This document shows, piece after piece, positions 8,299-17,597 of a DNA stretch of 45,186 bases. The notes under the pieces are model-generated. The model was not told the origin of the DNA. It ran no database searches and worked only from the letters and a program-made list of their open reading frames with translations. Source of the stretch: Oculatellaceae cyanobacterium bins.114 (GTDB lineage: Bacteria; Cyanobacteriota; Cyanobacteriia; Elainellales; Elainellaceae); contig JANRJA010000105.1 in assembly GCA_033764315.1 (NCBI GenBank), positions 1 through 45,186 of the forward strand, read 5' to 3'. The stretch's first letter is position 1, and each line of letters begins with the position of its first letter. Position numbers and translations under genes: made by a program.

Positions 8299-8745
8299 GT
8301 GCCACGTCCAAAACGATCCTCTCCAACCTTGCAAAAAGCTGAAAAGCGTGAAGCTGCTCTGGAATCGCTGAGTCCCACCTTGGATCTCGGCAATGGATTA
8401 ACTGTAGAAACCTATTCCACTCTGATTCAAGCCCTCCGCACTCAGATTACCACCTACAACACGGCTCTTTCTAACCTGGATGACCTCTCCCGCCAAATCA
8501 AGGGCACCGAACAGCAACTGCGAGATCTGTCGGAACAGATGTTGTTAGGGGTTGCTGCCAAATATGGCAAAAACAGTAGCGAATACGGCAAAGCAGGTGG
8601 TGTTCCCAAAAGTGAGCGTCGTCGCTCGACCCGTAAGCCACTCGCTGCAATTAGCAGTGTCTCAGAACCAACCGTGATGGCAACATCTACCAATGAGGCG
8701 ATCGCTGCATCGGTCAATGGCAATGGAAAAACGCTGGTTTCTTAA
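8299..8745 (+). CDS. Conserved hypothetical alpha-helical protein (basic termini, central coiled coil)
   Basis: AGGAG RBS with GTG start. MPRPKRSS..L.KAE.R...LDLGNGLT...YNTAL...MLLGVAAKYGKNSSEY.KAGGV.KSERRR resembles an uncharacterised family I recall from cyanobacteria. Confidence 0.85.
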   Translation: MPRPKRSSPTLQKAEKREAALESLSPTLDLGNGLTVETYSTLIQALRTQITTYNTALSNLDDLSRQIKGTEQQLRDLSEQMLLGVAAKYGKNSSEYGKAGGVPKSERRRSTRKPLAAISSVSEPTVMATSTNEAIAASVNGNGKTLVS

Positions 8746-8800
8746 CTAAATCGGTGTAGGTCGTCGTGCCATCGGTTTGGCATAAGGAACGCGAATTAAA

Positions 8801-8992
8801 TAACATCAGGTCAGTCTAACAGCCTAGCGAATGAATTCGCGGCTATCCCAGCCAAGTCCGCCGACACGGACTACGAAAGATGAATGGTTTAACGAACCGA
8901 CGCAGGTCGGTTTTTTTCGTATAGCGTTCGACTGAGCTCACGCCGAAGTCTGCGGTTTTAACCCCCAGAATCCTTATTCCGAATTCCTGTTA
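8801..8992. repeat. Palindromic dispersed repeat element with a nested ~24-nt small dispersed repeat at 8926-8949
   Basis: Ends TAACATCAGGTCAG / CCGAATTCCTGTTA. Hairpins GCGAATGAATTCGC, AGTCCG..CGGACT and AACCGACGCAGGTCGGTT. Homologous to 17805-17920. Confidence 0.7.
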
Positions 8993-9136
8993 TAGCCATA
9001 GTCATCCAGGTTAGGACAAGGGGCTTGAAAACAGTGTAAATGGTGCAAATGCAACCCCTCCCGACCTCCCCTTACCAAGGGGAGGTGCCGTAGGCGGTGG
9101 GGTCAAGTGCAAGGTTCACTGCTTAAATGGGTATAA
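8990..9136. repeat. Chimeric repeat element; 9041-9136 is a near copy of 16171-16266
   Basis: GGTGCAAATGCAACCCCTCCC.ACCTCCCCTT..CAAGGGGAGGT...GGGGTCAAGTGCAAGGTTCACTG.TTAAAT.GGTA is shared; the left end differs (TATAGCCATAGTCATCCAGGTTAGGACA). Confidence 0.8.
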
Positions 9137-9249
9137 CATGAGCAACTTCCTTGCTGCACAGATTTGGCAGTGCCAAACCCCTTCACAGAAGAAGATACAT
9201 CTGCTTGCGGTCATTGCCCATAGCAATTGTCGAAACAGTTGATATATTA

Positions 9250-9876
9250 TTAATCGCGACGATTTTGATAATCTTCAGAAGATTTGGGATCTAACTCCCA
9301 GCGGCGATCGTCTCGTTCTTCTAACATGTCATTGGTTCTCAAGAAACTGCGATCGTCCATTTCTAGACCTACCGCTGCACCTATCTCATCCACAACATCC
9401 TGATCTGGAGTACTAGCGGTTCCACCCACTGCCTCTTCCCCGACAGCGTCTGCGTCGTCGTAATTGGCATCTACATCACCCCCGGTGATGACGTAATCGG
9501 GTTCACCTATGGTATGTTCGCCCCGTCGCGAATAGGTGCCAGCGCGATCGCTCGGTTGTCCTTGTAGCCCTGTGCCATAGGATTCTGTAAATTCCTGGGG
9601 CAGGTCGCTGACTGATGCTTGATCATCTGTATCATCAACAATGCCATCATCATCAGCGTCTAAATCATCTGTGTCATCCGATGCGACTGTGTCGAACGCT
9701 GCCTGATCGAGAGCCACTTCTCTTAAACCCACTTCAGATTCTAAGTCTTCTAACACGTCTAAATCTGGGTCTATCCGATTATCTGACCCATACTCTGCTT
9801 CAAACTCACGTTCAACTTCTCGTCTGATTGCCTCAGAGTCTGCTCCGTAATCAGGGGTGTTAGATAGGTCAGCCAT
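9250..9876 (-). CDS. DUF6335-like acidic protein
   Basis: ITGGDVDANY...VGEEAVGGTASTPDQDVVDEIGAAVG...LEERDDRRWELDPKSSED; very Asp/Glu rich. Confidence 0.75.
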   Translation of the reverse strand: MADLSNTPDYGADSEAIRREVEREFEAEYGSDNRIDPDLDVLEDLESEVGLREVALDQAAFDTVASDDTDDLDADDDGIVDDTDDQASVSDLPQEFTESYGTGLQGQPSDRAGTYSRRGEHTIGEPDYVITGGDVDANYDDADAVGEEAVGGTASTPDQDVVDEIGAAVGLEMDDRSFLRTNDMLEERDDRRWELDPKSSEDYQNRRD

Positions 9877-9997
9877 AACTGTTTGTCCTGTCAGTCGTTA
9901 TTCTGCTATCTGCACAATAACTGAACTGAAGTGCTATCAAACTCTTCACGAAGATAGACAACAGTGATGCTGAACGGAGTAACTTGAGACGGGTTAT

Positions 9998-11221
9998 TCA
10001 ACTATCGAGCGATTGACGCAACAAAAACTGACGAATGGCTGGATCTTCTACCAGCCCGATCGCACGAGTATAGGCTGCATGAGCCTCAGTGGTTTGCCCC
10101 AAGCGTTTCAGTAAATGGGCTTTAAGTGCCCAATAGGGTTGGTAGTTAGCCACCGTTTCAATGGGCAACCGTTGCAACAACGCCCACCCTTGCTGTACCC
10201 CATTGGCTTCCGCGATCGCTGCTGCACGACCCACCAGTGCACCGAGGGTTGGGGCAATCTGAATCAGCCCTTCATAGAGTAGAGCCAGTGCATTCCAATC
10301 CATTTGCCCGATGATGGCTCGTTGAGCGTGAATAGATTGAATCGCGGCTTCCAGTTGGAACCGTCCCAGTTTCTCCAAGGTTGCCGCTTGAGTCAGTTGA
10401 GATTCTGCCTCCTCAATCAGCGGCATTGACCAAAGTGCTACATCCTGTTCCAACAGCGGCACATAGGCTCCATCAGGGGCACGACGCGCTTCCCGACGCG
10501 CTTCACAGTGCAACATCAAAGCCAGTAGTCCTCGCGCTTCCGGTTCATTTGGGATCAACTGCACACAGAGACGCGCTAGCCAAATGGCCTCTTCGGTCAG
10601 TCCTTTTTGCCGCGGATCTGCGCCTGTAATATTGTCCCAACCGTTGCTATAAGCCGCGTAAATTGCCTCCAACACGGCCTCTAAGCGAGGCGGTAGATCG
10701 CTGGCTTCTGGCAACTCAAAGCCAATGCTCGCGTCTCGAATTTTGCTCTTGGCCCGCACCAAGCGTTGCCCCATTGTGGTGGGTGCCACTAGAAACGCTG
10801 AAGCAATTTGTGCAGCGTTTAATCCCAAAACGGTTTGTAACATTAGAGGCGTGCGAACCTCAGGGGCGATCGCCGGATGAGCACAAATAAACAGCAACTT
10901 CAACCGTTCATCAGGAAAGATCACATCCATATCAGGGTCTTCTCTCCCTTCCACTGAGAATAGTTTGAGAGTGTTGACGACAGTCGCGCCAGCCTGGGTA
11001 TGGCGACACTGATCAATCAAGCGACGACGGGCGGCTACCAGTAGCCATGCTTCTGGGTTATCAGGCACCCCCCGTTCTGACCAAGTTTTTAAGGCAGATA
11101 AAAACGCATCGCCGAGCGCATCTTCTGCGATCGCCAGATCTCGGGTTTGCACCGCCAAATAAGCAATCAATCGCCCATAGGAGTTACGGGCTGCCAGTTC
11201 AGCGACTCGACGTGCGTCCAT
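9998..11221 (-). CDS. ECF RNA polymerase sigma factor with DUF6596/TPR C-terminal extension
   Basis: YGRLIAYL...AEDALGDAF...W...GVPDNPEAWL; DERLKLLFICAHPA; EPEARGLLALM; LLEQD..LW; GRFQLEAAIQ. Likely start MDARR at 11221. Confidence 0.9.
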   Translation of the reverse strand: MDARRVAELAARNSYGRLIAYLAVQTRDLAIAEDALGDAFLSALKTWSERGVPDNPEAWLLVAARRRLIDQCRHTQAGATVVNTLKLFSVEGREDPDMDVIFPDERLKLLFICAHPAIAPEVRTPLMLQTVLGLNAAQIASAFLVAPTTMGQRLVRAKSKIRDASIGFELPEASDLPPRLEAVLEAIYAAYSNGWDNITGADPRQKGLTEEAIWLARLCVQLIPNEPEARGLLALMLHCEARREARRAPDGAYVPLLEQDVALWSMPLIEEAESQLTQAATLEKLGRFQLEAAIQSIHAQRAIIGQMDWNALALLYEGLIQIAPTLGALVGRAAAIAEANGVQQGWALLQRLPIETVANYQPYWALKAHLLKRLGQTTEAHAAYTRAIGLVEDPAIRQFLLRQSLDS

Positions 11222-11229
11222 GTGCGCTT

Positions 11230-11847
11230 CTAGCCTCTCGGTGCTGTTTGTTGCCATGCGGGCAACAGGTCGATCCGAGCATACCAGGCACGGATATGGG
11301 GATAGTCTTCTAAGGGAAACTGTCCTGGCACGGCATAGGTCAAATCAGCCGCAACCGAAAAATCGGCTAAGGTGAGCGTGTCATTCACCAAAAACTTGCG
11401 TTCCGAGAGATGGTTATCCAAGGCGATCGCATTTTGATGAAAGATCTCGGTTGCCCGTTGCACCACATGTGGATCGGGTTCACCCAATTGCAACAGGGGT
11501 TTGATAAAATTTTCAAATTGCAAAGGCTGACACCCTTGATGCCAGTGGGCGAGCTGCCAACTCTGCCAACGCAGAATATCGGCACGGCTTTTAGGATCGG
11601 TTGGGAACAGCGAATTGGGAACTTGATCGACCAGATATTGCATGATGGCAGTAGACTCCCAGAGAACGAAGTCACCATCTTGCAACACCGGAGTTCGACC
11701 TGTAGGATTCAACTTCAAAAAGTCGGGGGTGCGGGTTTCGCCTTTTTGTAAATCAACCAATTGGAGTTCCAGCGGAAGCTCCAGGTGAATGGCAACGGCA
11801 TGAGCCTTGCGGGTATTGGGCGAGGGAGGAAAGTAATAGAGTTTCAT
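11230..11847 (-). CDS. Glutathione S-transferase
   Basis: MKLYYFPPSPN, LNPTGRTPVLQDG, LWESTAIMQYL and TLADF motifs; likely start 11847. Confidence 0.92.
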   Translation of the reverse strand: MKLYYFPPSPNTRKAHAVAIHLELPLELQLVDLQKGETRTPDFLKLNPTGRTPVLQDGDFVLWESTAIMQYLVDQVPNSLFPTDPKSRADILRWQSWQLAHWHQGCQPLQFENFIKPLLQLGEPDPHVVQRATEIFHQNAIALDNHLSERKFLVNDTLTLADFSVAADLTYAVPGQFPLEDYPHIRAWYARIDLLPAWQQTAPRG

Positions 11848-11858
11848 GGGTCTTGCTC

Positions 11859-12212
11859 CTATCCTTGCATAGGCAGAATAGGACGCACTTCGACACCGCA
11901 ATTACTGGCGGCAGGGCAACGGGCTGCCCAATCTAGTGCGGCATCCAAATCAGGAACCTCAATTAAAAAGAAGCCTCCCAATTGTTCTTTGGTGTCAGCA
12001 AAAGGCCCATCTTGAACTTTGCGCTGTCCGTCATGCAATCGCACGGTGGTTCCTGTTGAGGCATCATGCAGGGCGGCTCCTCCGGTGATCACTCCAGCTT
12101 CGGCTAGTGCTTGTGAATAAGCTTTGTAGGCTCCCCAGTAAGCTTCTTGCTGATCGTTGGTGCGATTGCTGACGATCGTCTCGGTTTCATAAACCAAAAT
12201 GGCATATTGCAT
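11859..12212 (-). CDS. YciI/DGPF-domain protein
   Basis: VQDGPFADTKEQLGGFFLIEVPDLDAALDWAARCP...VEVRP; usual partner of DUF6596 ECF sigma factors. Confidence 0.92.
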   Translation of the reverse strand: MQYAILVYETETIVSNRTNDQQEAYWGAYKAYSQALAEAGVITGGAALHDASTGTTVRLHDGQRKVQDGPFADTKEQLGGFFLIEVPDLDAALDWAARCPAASNCGVEVRPILPMQG

Positions 12213-12343
12213 TGTTTGTCCTCATTGAGAATGGGTTAAGAGCCTCGTTTGTTGTGGGCTTATTAAGATGACGTGCGATCGCCTCCCATTTCGACATCTC
12301 CAACAAAATTTTTTTAGCCCTCAACCATGATCCACATGAGAGG

Positions 12344-12997
12344 CTAATTTAGATGTCCTGTTTTGACATAAATTAGACATCCTTCCCGGCTAAAAGGGGT
12401 GTGCATACTACCAGATGGATTGCGAATCCAGGTGCCCTTAGGATAGCTGCCAAACTCATCCTCAAAGACTCCTTCTAGCACAAAAATTTCTTCCCCTCCC
12501 CAGTGGCGGTGCGATTGAAAGTGTGTTCCCGGTGCCCACTTCACCAGAGCCACATTTTCAGTACCAAAACTATGCAGCGGCATCACTTGCAACCCATCCA
12601 CTAAACCTGGAAACCAGGGCGATCGCTGCGTATTCACGACCACCCGTTGCTGATCATCAGGGTGCATCTGCCACAGCTTCACCAAAATTGTGCAACCGTC
12701 TCGGCTGGAGGGGGTGTGAGTAGACCCCACCGGATTGCGAATGTAGGTGCCCACCGGATAGTCGCCGTGTTCATCTGAAAACACACCGTCAAGTACCAAG
12801 AACTCTTCACCGCCCCCGTGGGTGTGAGGTGAAAAGTGACTGCCAGGAGCATACCGCACGATCGATGTAGCACGGGCAACTTCTGCTCCGTCACGCTCTA
12901 ACATGCGGCGTTGTACTCCCGGCATGGGCGAGTCAACCCAGGGAATATCGTCACTCAAGGCGATCGCCCGTTCAGTTAAATCAGCATGAAGTTTCAT
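12344..12997 (-). CDS. Double cupin (ChrR-like Cupin_7) protein
   Basis: Two H.H.GGEE..VL.GVF.DE.G.YP.GT.IRNP.GS.HTP repeats; likely start MKLHAD at 12997. Confidence 0.9.
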   Translation of the reverse strand: MKLHADLTERAIALSDDIPWVDSPMPGVQRRMLERDGAEVARATSIVRYAPGSHFSPHTHGGGEEFLVLDGVFSDEHGDYPVGTYIRNPVGSTHTPSSRDGCTILVKLWQMHPDDQQRVVVNTQRSPWFPGLVDGLQVMPLHSFGTENVALVKWAPGTHFQSHRHWGGEEIFVLEGVFEDEFGSYPKGTWIRNPSGSMHTPFSREGCLIYVKTGHLN

Positions 12998-13023
12998 CCA
13001 AGTTCTCCTGATCTCTAATCCTG

Positions 13024-13803
13024 CTAATACTGATTGCGACCTGCCATTACACCCCCATCGACATCCCAAATTGCCCCCGTGACCCAAGTCGCCTTGTCGG
13101 AGAGCAAAAAAGCAACGGTTTCCGCCACATCTTCTGAGCGACCGACACGACCGATGGGATGGAACGTGTTAAACCCTTGCAGAGTAGCGTGAACTTGATC
13201 TTTAGGAATGAACCCCTCATAGATGGGTGTTTCCACCACGGCAGGAGACACTGCATTGACCCGAATACGGTGACTCGCTAGCTCCATTGCCAGATGTTGC
13301 GTCAGCGAGTGCAGTCCTGCTTTTGCCATAGAGTAAGCCGACGAGGGCGTTGCCTGCACGGCCTGTTTTGCCCACATTGAGCCAATATTGACGATCGCCC
13401 CACCCTGCCCCTGCTCTACCATATTTTTTGCAACCGCTTGGGTCATAAAAAAAGTTGCTTTATTAATCTCCAAATATAAGTCGTAGTCGGCTTCGGTGTG
13501 CTCTAAAAACGATTTTGGCAGAAACACACCCGCCGCATTGACCAGCAATTTTGCAGTCGTGTATTGGGTAGTCAGGCGATCGATCAAGGCGTCTCGTTCC
13601 GTGGGGTTAGTGATGTCCGCTTGTTCGTCCCATACCGTTCCAAAGGGACTGAGTTCAGCGATCGCCCCTTGCAATTTATCCTGCCGTTTGCCAATCAACA
13701 CGGCGGATCCGCCGTGTTGCACAATCAACCGAGCAACACTTTTGCCAATGCCACTGGTGCCACCAACAACAATGAGAGTTTGTCCAGAAAATACAGAAGT
13801 CAT
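13024..13803 (-). CDS. SDR family oxidoreductase
   Basis: GGTSGIG, LVNAAG, YSMAK and IRVNAVSP motifs. Confidence 0.93.
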   Translation of the reverse strand: MTSVFSGQTLIVVGGTSGIGKSVARLIVQHGGSAVLIGKRQDKLQGAIAELSPFGTVWDEQADITNPTERDALIDRLTTQYTTAKLLVNAAGVFLPKSFLEHTEADYDLYLEINKATFFMTQAVAKNMVEQGQGGAIVNIGSMWAKQAVQATPSSAYSMAKAGLHSLTQHLAMELASHRIRVNAVSPAVVETPIYEGFIPKDQVHATLQGFNTFHPIGRVGRSEDVAETVAFLLSDKATWVTGAIWDVDGGVMAGRNQY

Positions 13804-13836
13804 AGGGTTTTCTTTTGAACAATAAACGACATTAAA

Positions 13837-13854
13837 CTATCTACTAGTAGGTAG
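13837..13854. promoter_or_regulatory. Putative TetR operator (CTA(C/T)CTACTAGTAGGTAG)
   Basis: 18-bp near-perfect palindrome upstream of the SDR gene; a second copy lies at 14775-14792. Confidence 0.7.
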
Positions 13855-13873
13855 ATAATAGGGCAAAAAAAAT

Positions 13874-14446
13874 TTACCCTGGCATCAACACCGCTAACAG
13901 CGAGTTGATAATCCAATCGAATGTGGCTTCGCTATCGTTTGATGTGCGAGCCATTAACTGAGCACCTTGCAGCGTCGCCAACACGATTGCAGCTTCCCCC
14001 GCAGGAGTGGTGCGTAGATTGAAACTGCCCGCCGCATGGCCCCGCTTGAGCACAGCGGCCAACCAAACCTCTGTCTCTACAAAAAATGCGCTCAATTCCT
14101 GTTGCACAGGCTTGGGCAAGACGGCAACCTCGGCTGAGAGAATGCCGCACAGACACATCTGATCCTGGCTCAAGCCGTTACGATAAAGACGACAAAACTG
14201 GATCAGTTGCTCTTGTGGGTCAGAGGTCGTTTGTTCAAGCTGTTTGAGGTTTTGCCGAACCCGCTCACGATAGCGATCGACTAGTGCTTTGGCTAGCTCT
14301 TCTTTTGAGCAAAAGTGATAGTGGATGCTGGCTTTGCGAATTCCCACTTGTTCTGAAATATCGGCATAGCTAAAGGCACTATAACCCCGGGATCGCACTA
14401 AGTCTTGAGCGACATCGAGAATCTGTTGAGCGGTTTCGGCTTTCAT
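13874..14446 (-). CDS. TetR/AcrR regulator (NemR-like)
   Basis: ILDVAQDLVRSRGYSAFSYADISEQVGIRKASIHYHF HTH; MCLCG in the ligand domain. Confidence 0.93.
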   Translation of the reverse strand: MKAETAQQILDVAQDLVRSRGYSAFSYADISEQVGIRKASIHYHFCSKEELAKALVDRYRERVRQNLKQLEQTTSDPQEQLIQFCRLYRNGLSQDQMCLCGILSAEVAVLPKPVQQELSAFFVETEVWLAAVLKRGHAAGSFNLRTTPAGEAAIVLATLQGAQLMARTSNDSEATFDWIINSLLAVLMPG

Positions 14447-14514
14447 ACGTTAATTTTGATTCGATCCGGTGTGGGGTCGATAACCGTTTGACAAACAGCG
14501 AAGCGATCGCACCC

Positions 14515-14730
14515 TCAAGTACAGGCAACACAAGATGCTTTGAGAAGCTGCTCTGCACAAGCCACTTGCTGTTCTGCTTGAGCAATTTTGGTAAGCAATG
14601 TGGTGCGCGTTTGTTGCAATGTTTCCAGTTGCTCTTCAATCTCCTCTAACTCGATCAAAAGCACAGGCAGGATAGTGCCTTTTTCTAAGTTTGAAGATAA
14701 TTGATGGTTGGGCGATCGCTGGAGATTCAT
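14515..14730 (-). CDS. Small coiled-coil hypothetical protein
   Basis: GAGG RBS; heptad pattern LEEIEEQLETLQQTR; lies between the operator and tetR. Confidence 0.55.
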   Translation of the reverse strand: MNLQRSPNHQLSSNLEKGTILPVLLIELEEIEEQLETLQQTRTTLLTKIAQAEQQVACAEQLLKASCVACT

Positions 14731-14774
14731 AGTTATTGCCTCTCAATCAATGCGAAACACAATAGCTTGATTCT

Positions 14775-14792
14775 CTACCTACCAGTTGGTAG
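14775..14792. promoter_or_regulatory. Putative TetR operator, second copy (CTACCTACCAGTTGGTAG)
   Basis: Matches 13837-13854 at 15 of 18 positions; adjoins a TTGACA -35 on the minus strand (TGTCAA at 14794-14799). Confidence 0.7.
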
Positions 14793-14883
14793 GTGTCAAG
14801 CTTTTGATGGTTAAATTCCATTCACACGTAGGTAGTGGTCTAAAAGTAATGATTTTGGAGTGAGGATGTGCCCCGCGCAGCAA

Positions 14884-15129
14884 CTACCCACACGTAAACT
14901 GAATCGGCTTACCATTCACTTCAACGAGGTAATCGAGCCGAATTTCAGTCCCATCCTCTAGCTTGAGAAAATCTGCTTTATTCGCCGCGTAGACATCCAC
15001 AATGCGGCTGTCTACTTCTACCACATCATTGGTTGCTGTGCGATAAATAATTTTGCACCGTTGCCGTAGCGTTGCCAGGGATTCTAATTCGTCATGAAAA
15101 CTACAAGCAACTAACTCATACGGGTTCAT
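14884..15129 (-). CDS. Rof/YaeO-like (Rho-binding antiterminator-like) small protein
   Basis: MNPYELVACSFHDELE...DFLKLEDGTEIRLDYL resembles the Rof pattern Y....C...D.LE...E.RLD; GGAG RBS; start 15129. Confidence 0.6.
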   Translation of the reverse strand: MNPYELVACSFHDELESLATLRQRCKIIYRTATNDVVEVDSRIVDVYAANKADFLKLEDGTEIRLDYLVEVNGKPIQFTCG

Positions 15130-15154
15130 AGAATGAAGCTCCTTTCTGTCCTGT

Positions 15155-15583
15155 TTAGCTTTGACGCTCCCAATGAAACTTGCGATCGGATGCTTGAATG
15201 GGCACATCATTGATGCTGGCAAATCGCCGCATCATTAACCCATTTTCAGCAAATTCCCAGTTTTCGTTGCCATAGGAGCGATACCAAAAACCAGCATCAT
15301 CATGCCACTCATATTCAAACCGTACGGCAATCCGATTATCCATAAAACACCAGAGTTCTTTCTTCAAACGGTAGTCGAGTTCTTTTGCCCATTTGCGTTT
15401 GAGGAACTCAACGATCGCCGCTCGTCCTGTCAAAAACTCAGCTCGATTTCGCCACTCTGAATCTTCGGTATACGCCAGGGCCACTCGTTCTGGGTTGCGC
15501 GTATTCCAGGCATCTTCTGCAGCTTGCACTTTGGTCTTAGCCGTTTCGAGGGTAAAAGGGGGTAAAGGGGGTTTGGTTTCCAT
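15155..15583 (-). CDS. DUF1348 / NTF2-like protein
   Basis: [35 protein letters not shown]...[10 protein letters not shown]...MRRFASIND; likely start 15583. Confidence 0.92.
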   Translation of the reverse strand: METKPPLPPFTLETAKTKVQAAEDAWNTRNPERVALAYTEDSEWRNRAEFLTGRAAIVEFLKRKWAKELDYRLKKELWCFMDNRIAVRFEYEWHDDAGFWYRSYGNENWEFAENGLMMRRFASINDVPIQASDRKFHWERQS

Positions 15584-15667
15584 GATGGGGTTAATGCTTG
15601 GTGTGAATGCTTGGTGTGAATTGAGGTTGAGATGCTGAAACAACGAGGTAATGAAATGCACCCTCAA

Positions 15668-16117
15668 TCACCACTTTTTGTAGGGCAAAAACTTACCATT
15701 CATGATCACTTTGACGCGATCGCCCTTGGGGTCTTCGACTTTCTCAATGTCTAACGTGAAGTCAATGGCACTCATAATGCCATCTCCAAATTTTTCTTGA
15801 ATCACATCCTTCATGGGCATGCCATAAACCTGCATGATTTCATAAAAGCGATAGACCAGAGGATCTGTCGGAACAATCGGCCCCAACCCTTTGTCAGCAT
15901 TAGCTGTCAATTCTGGAATCAATTCGTCGCCTAGCCCCACCGCCTTAAGTAGCTTGCTGGCTTCTTCTTCAGAAGCCGTAGCCTGTCGATAAATCACAGC
16001 GGCGATCCACACCTCATCCCTGCCAATTAACTGTTCGAGATCGGTGAAGGAGATTCCCTTCTCGCGTTTAGCTGTCAGAATGGTCTGGGTAATGGGGGAA
16101 AGTTGGATATCAGACAC
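15668..16117 (-). CDS. cynS: Cyanase (cyanate hydratase)
   Basis: [17 protein letters not shown]...[15 protein letters not shown]...GDRV...NGKFLPY. Confidence 0.97.
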   Translation of the reverse strand: MSDIQLSPITQTILTAKREKGISFTDLEQLIGRDEVWIAAVIYRQATASEEEASKLLKAVGLGDELIPELTANADKGLGPIVPTDPLVYRFYEIMQVYGMPMKDVIQEKFGDGIMSAIDFTLDIEKVEDPKGDRVKVIMNGKFLPYKKW

Positions 16118-16148
16118 AATGAACTCCTCTCAAGTAAGTGATGTCAAG

Positions 16149-16266
16149 TCATACCAATTTGATGTGAAAACGGTGCAAATGCAACCCCTCCCAACCTCCC
16201 CTTGGCAAGGGGAGGTACCGCAGGTGGTGGGGTCAAGTGCAAGGTTCACTGTTTAAATTGGTATCA
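16149..16266. mobile_element. Non-autonomous element with TACCAATTT/AAATTGGTA termini and TCA at both ends
   Basis: Removing it restores the tandem GTGATGTCAAGTCA-GTAATGTCAAGTCA-GTGATG. Internal CCTCCCCTTG.CAAGGGGAGG hairpin. Confidence 0.85.
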
Positions 16267-16345
16267 GTAATGTCAAGTCAGTGATGGCGTTAGGATATCA
16301 TCGGTTGGCGATGAAGAAGTTATTGAGTTACACCGAGCGATCGCC

Positions 16346-16954
16346 TCATGGTTGCCCTGACGACCGTTTTAATTGGTGTTCTAATTGAGCAATTCGAGCC
16401 TGCAAGGGTGCAATCATCGCCTCGACTTCGGTTTCTGAATAGCGAATTGGAATGTGTTGAGGGCAGTTTTCACTAACCGCTTCTACATGAAACAGAATGG
16501 CACGTTCAATTTCAGCCGAATAACCAGGCATTCGCAAACGTTCAAGCCACTCTGACTCGCCTTCTACAAATTCGGCCCGCCCCCAAATTTTGACCCGTCT
16601 GCGGTGGCGATAATCCATCAAAAACAAAAACGCTTTGTTATTTCCAGACAAGTTGCCAACCGTGATATATTGCACATTTCCCGAAAAGTCAGCAAAGCCC
16701 AACGTCTTCTCATCCAACACTTTAAGGAATCCCGCTGGCCCTCCCCGAAACTGAATGTAGGGATAGCCATTGGAACCGACTGTGCCTAAATAAAACCCAT
16801 CCAGGTGAGCAATGAAGTCCTCAAGTTTAGGGGCGATCGCATCACCCGCAGGCCCATTCGCAATGTATTTTTCGTAGGTTTGTCGCGATCCACGTTCTGT
16901 TTGTGCGGCTTGCACTTCAAGCGTAAAGGCAATCTCTCCAAATTTACGTGGCAT
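16346..16954 (-). CDS. Pyridoxamine 5'-phosphate oxidase-like FMN-binding protein
   Basis: GYPYIQFRGGPAGFLKVLD...FADFSGN.QYITVGNL...FLMDY...NCPQHIP. Confidence 0.9.
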   Translation of the reverse strand: MPRKFGEIAFTLEVQAAQTERGSRQTYEKYIANGPAGDAIAPKLEDFIAHLDGFYLGTVGSNGYPYIQFRGGPAGFLKVLDEKTLGFADFSGNVQYITVGNLSGNNKAFLFLMDYRHRRRVKIWGRAEFVEGESEWLERLRMPGYSAEIERAILFHVEAVSENCPQHIPIRYSETEVEAMIAPLQARIAQLEHQLKRSSGQP

Positions 16955-16963
16955 AGTGCTCTC

Positions 16964-17578
16964 CTAAACGGGTACAGGTGCATCAATACCAATCATGCCA
17001 ACAAAACCAGGCAGCTGTTTGACGCGATCGATCCAGGCCAACACATGAGGATAGGCGGTTAGATCAATTTTGCCGTCACCCGCTAGCGCAACATAGGGAA
17101 ACACCGCTACATCAGCGATCGTGGGATGGCCTAGTTCCAACCATTCCCGGTTCGTCAGGTGATCATTGAGTTGAGTCAAAATGAACTCTGATGTTTGAAG
17201 TGTTCGCTCTAAATTAATGCTGGTGGCTTTAAAGAAGTGATACAGACGGGCTGATTCTGGCCCCTGGCGCACTTCTCCTGCTGTGATCGAGAGCCAGCGT
17301 ATCACTTGGCTCAGGGATACTGCATCCAGTGGCAACCAGGATTCATTGCCATATTTCCGTGCCAGATAGACCAGAATCGCTTGAGCATCAGCTAACACGG
17401 TTTCTCCATCGACTAACACAGGAACTTGCCCAAATGAATTGAGCGATAGAAATTCAGGTTGTTTGTGTGCCCCGGTCAGCAAATCGACTTTAATCCACTC
17501 GTAGTCCACACCCAACAGTGACAACAGCAATTTGGCTTTGTAGCTGTTACCTGACAATTCGTGACCATATAACTGCAT
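16964..17578 (-). CDS. Glutathione S-transferase
   Basis: LSGNSYK, LNSFGQVPVLVDG, LADAQAILVYLAR and PTIADVAVFPY motifs. Confidence 0.93.
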   Translation of the reverse strand: MQLYGHELSGNSYKAKLLLSLLGVDYEWIKVDLLTGAHKQPEFLSLNSFGQVPVLVDGETVLADAQAILVYLARKYGNESWLPLDAVSLSQVIRWLSITAGEVRQGPESARLYHFFKATSINLERTLQTSEFILTQLNDHLTNREWLELGHPTIADVAVFPYVALAGDGKIDLTAYPHVLAWIDRVKQLPGFVGMIGIDAPVPV

Positions 17579-17597
17579 AATGAATCCTCCAAAGAAT

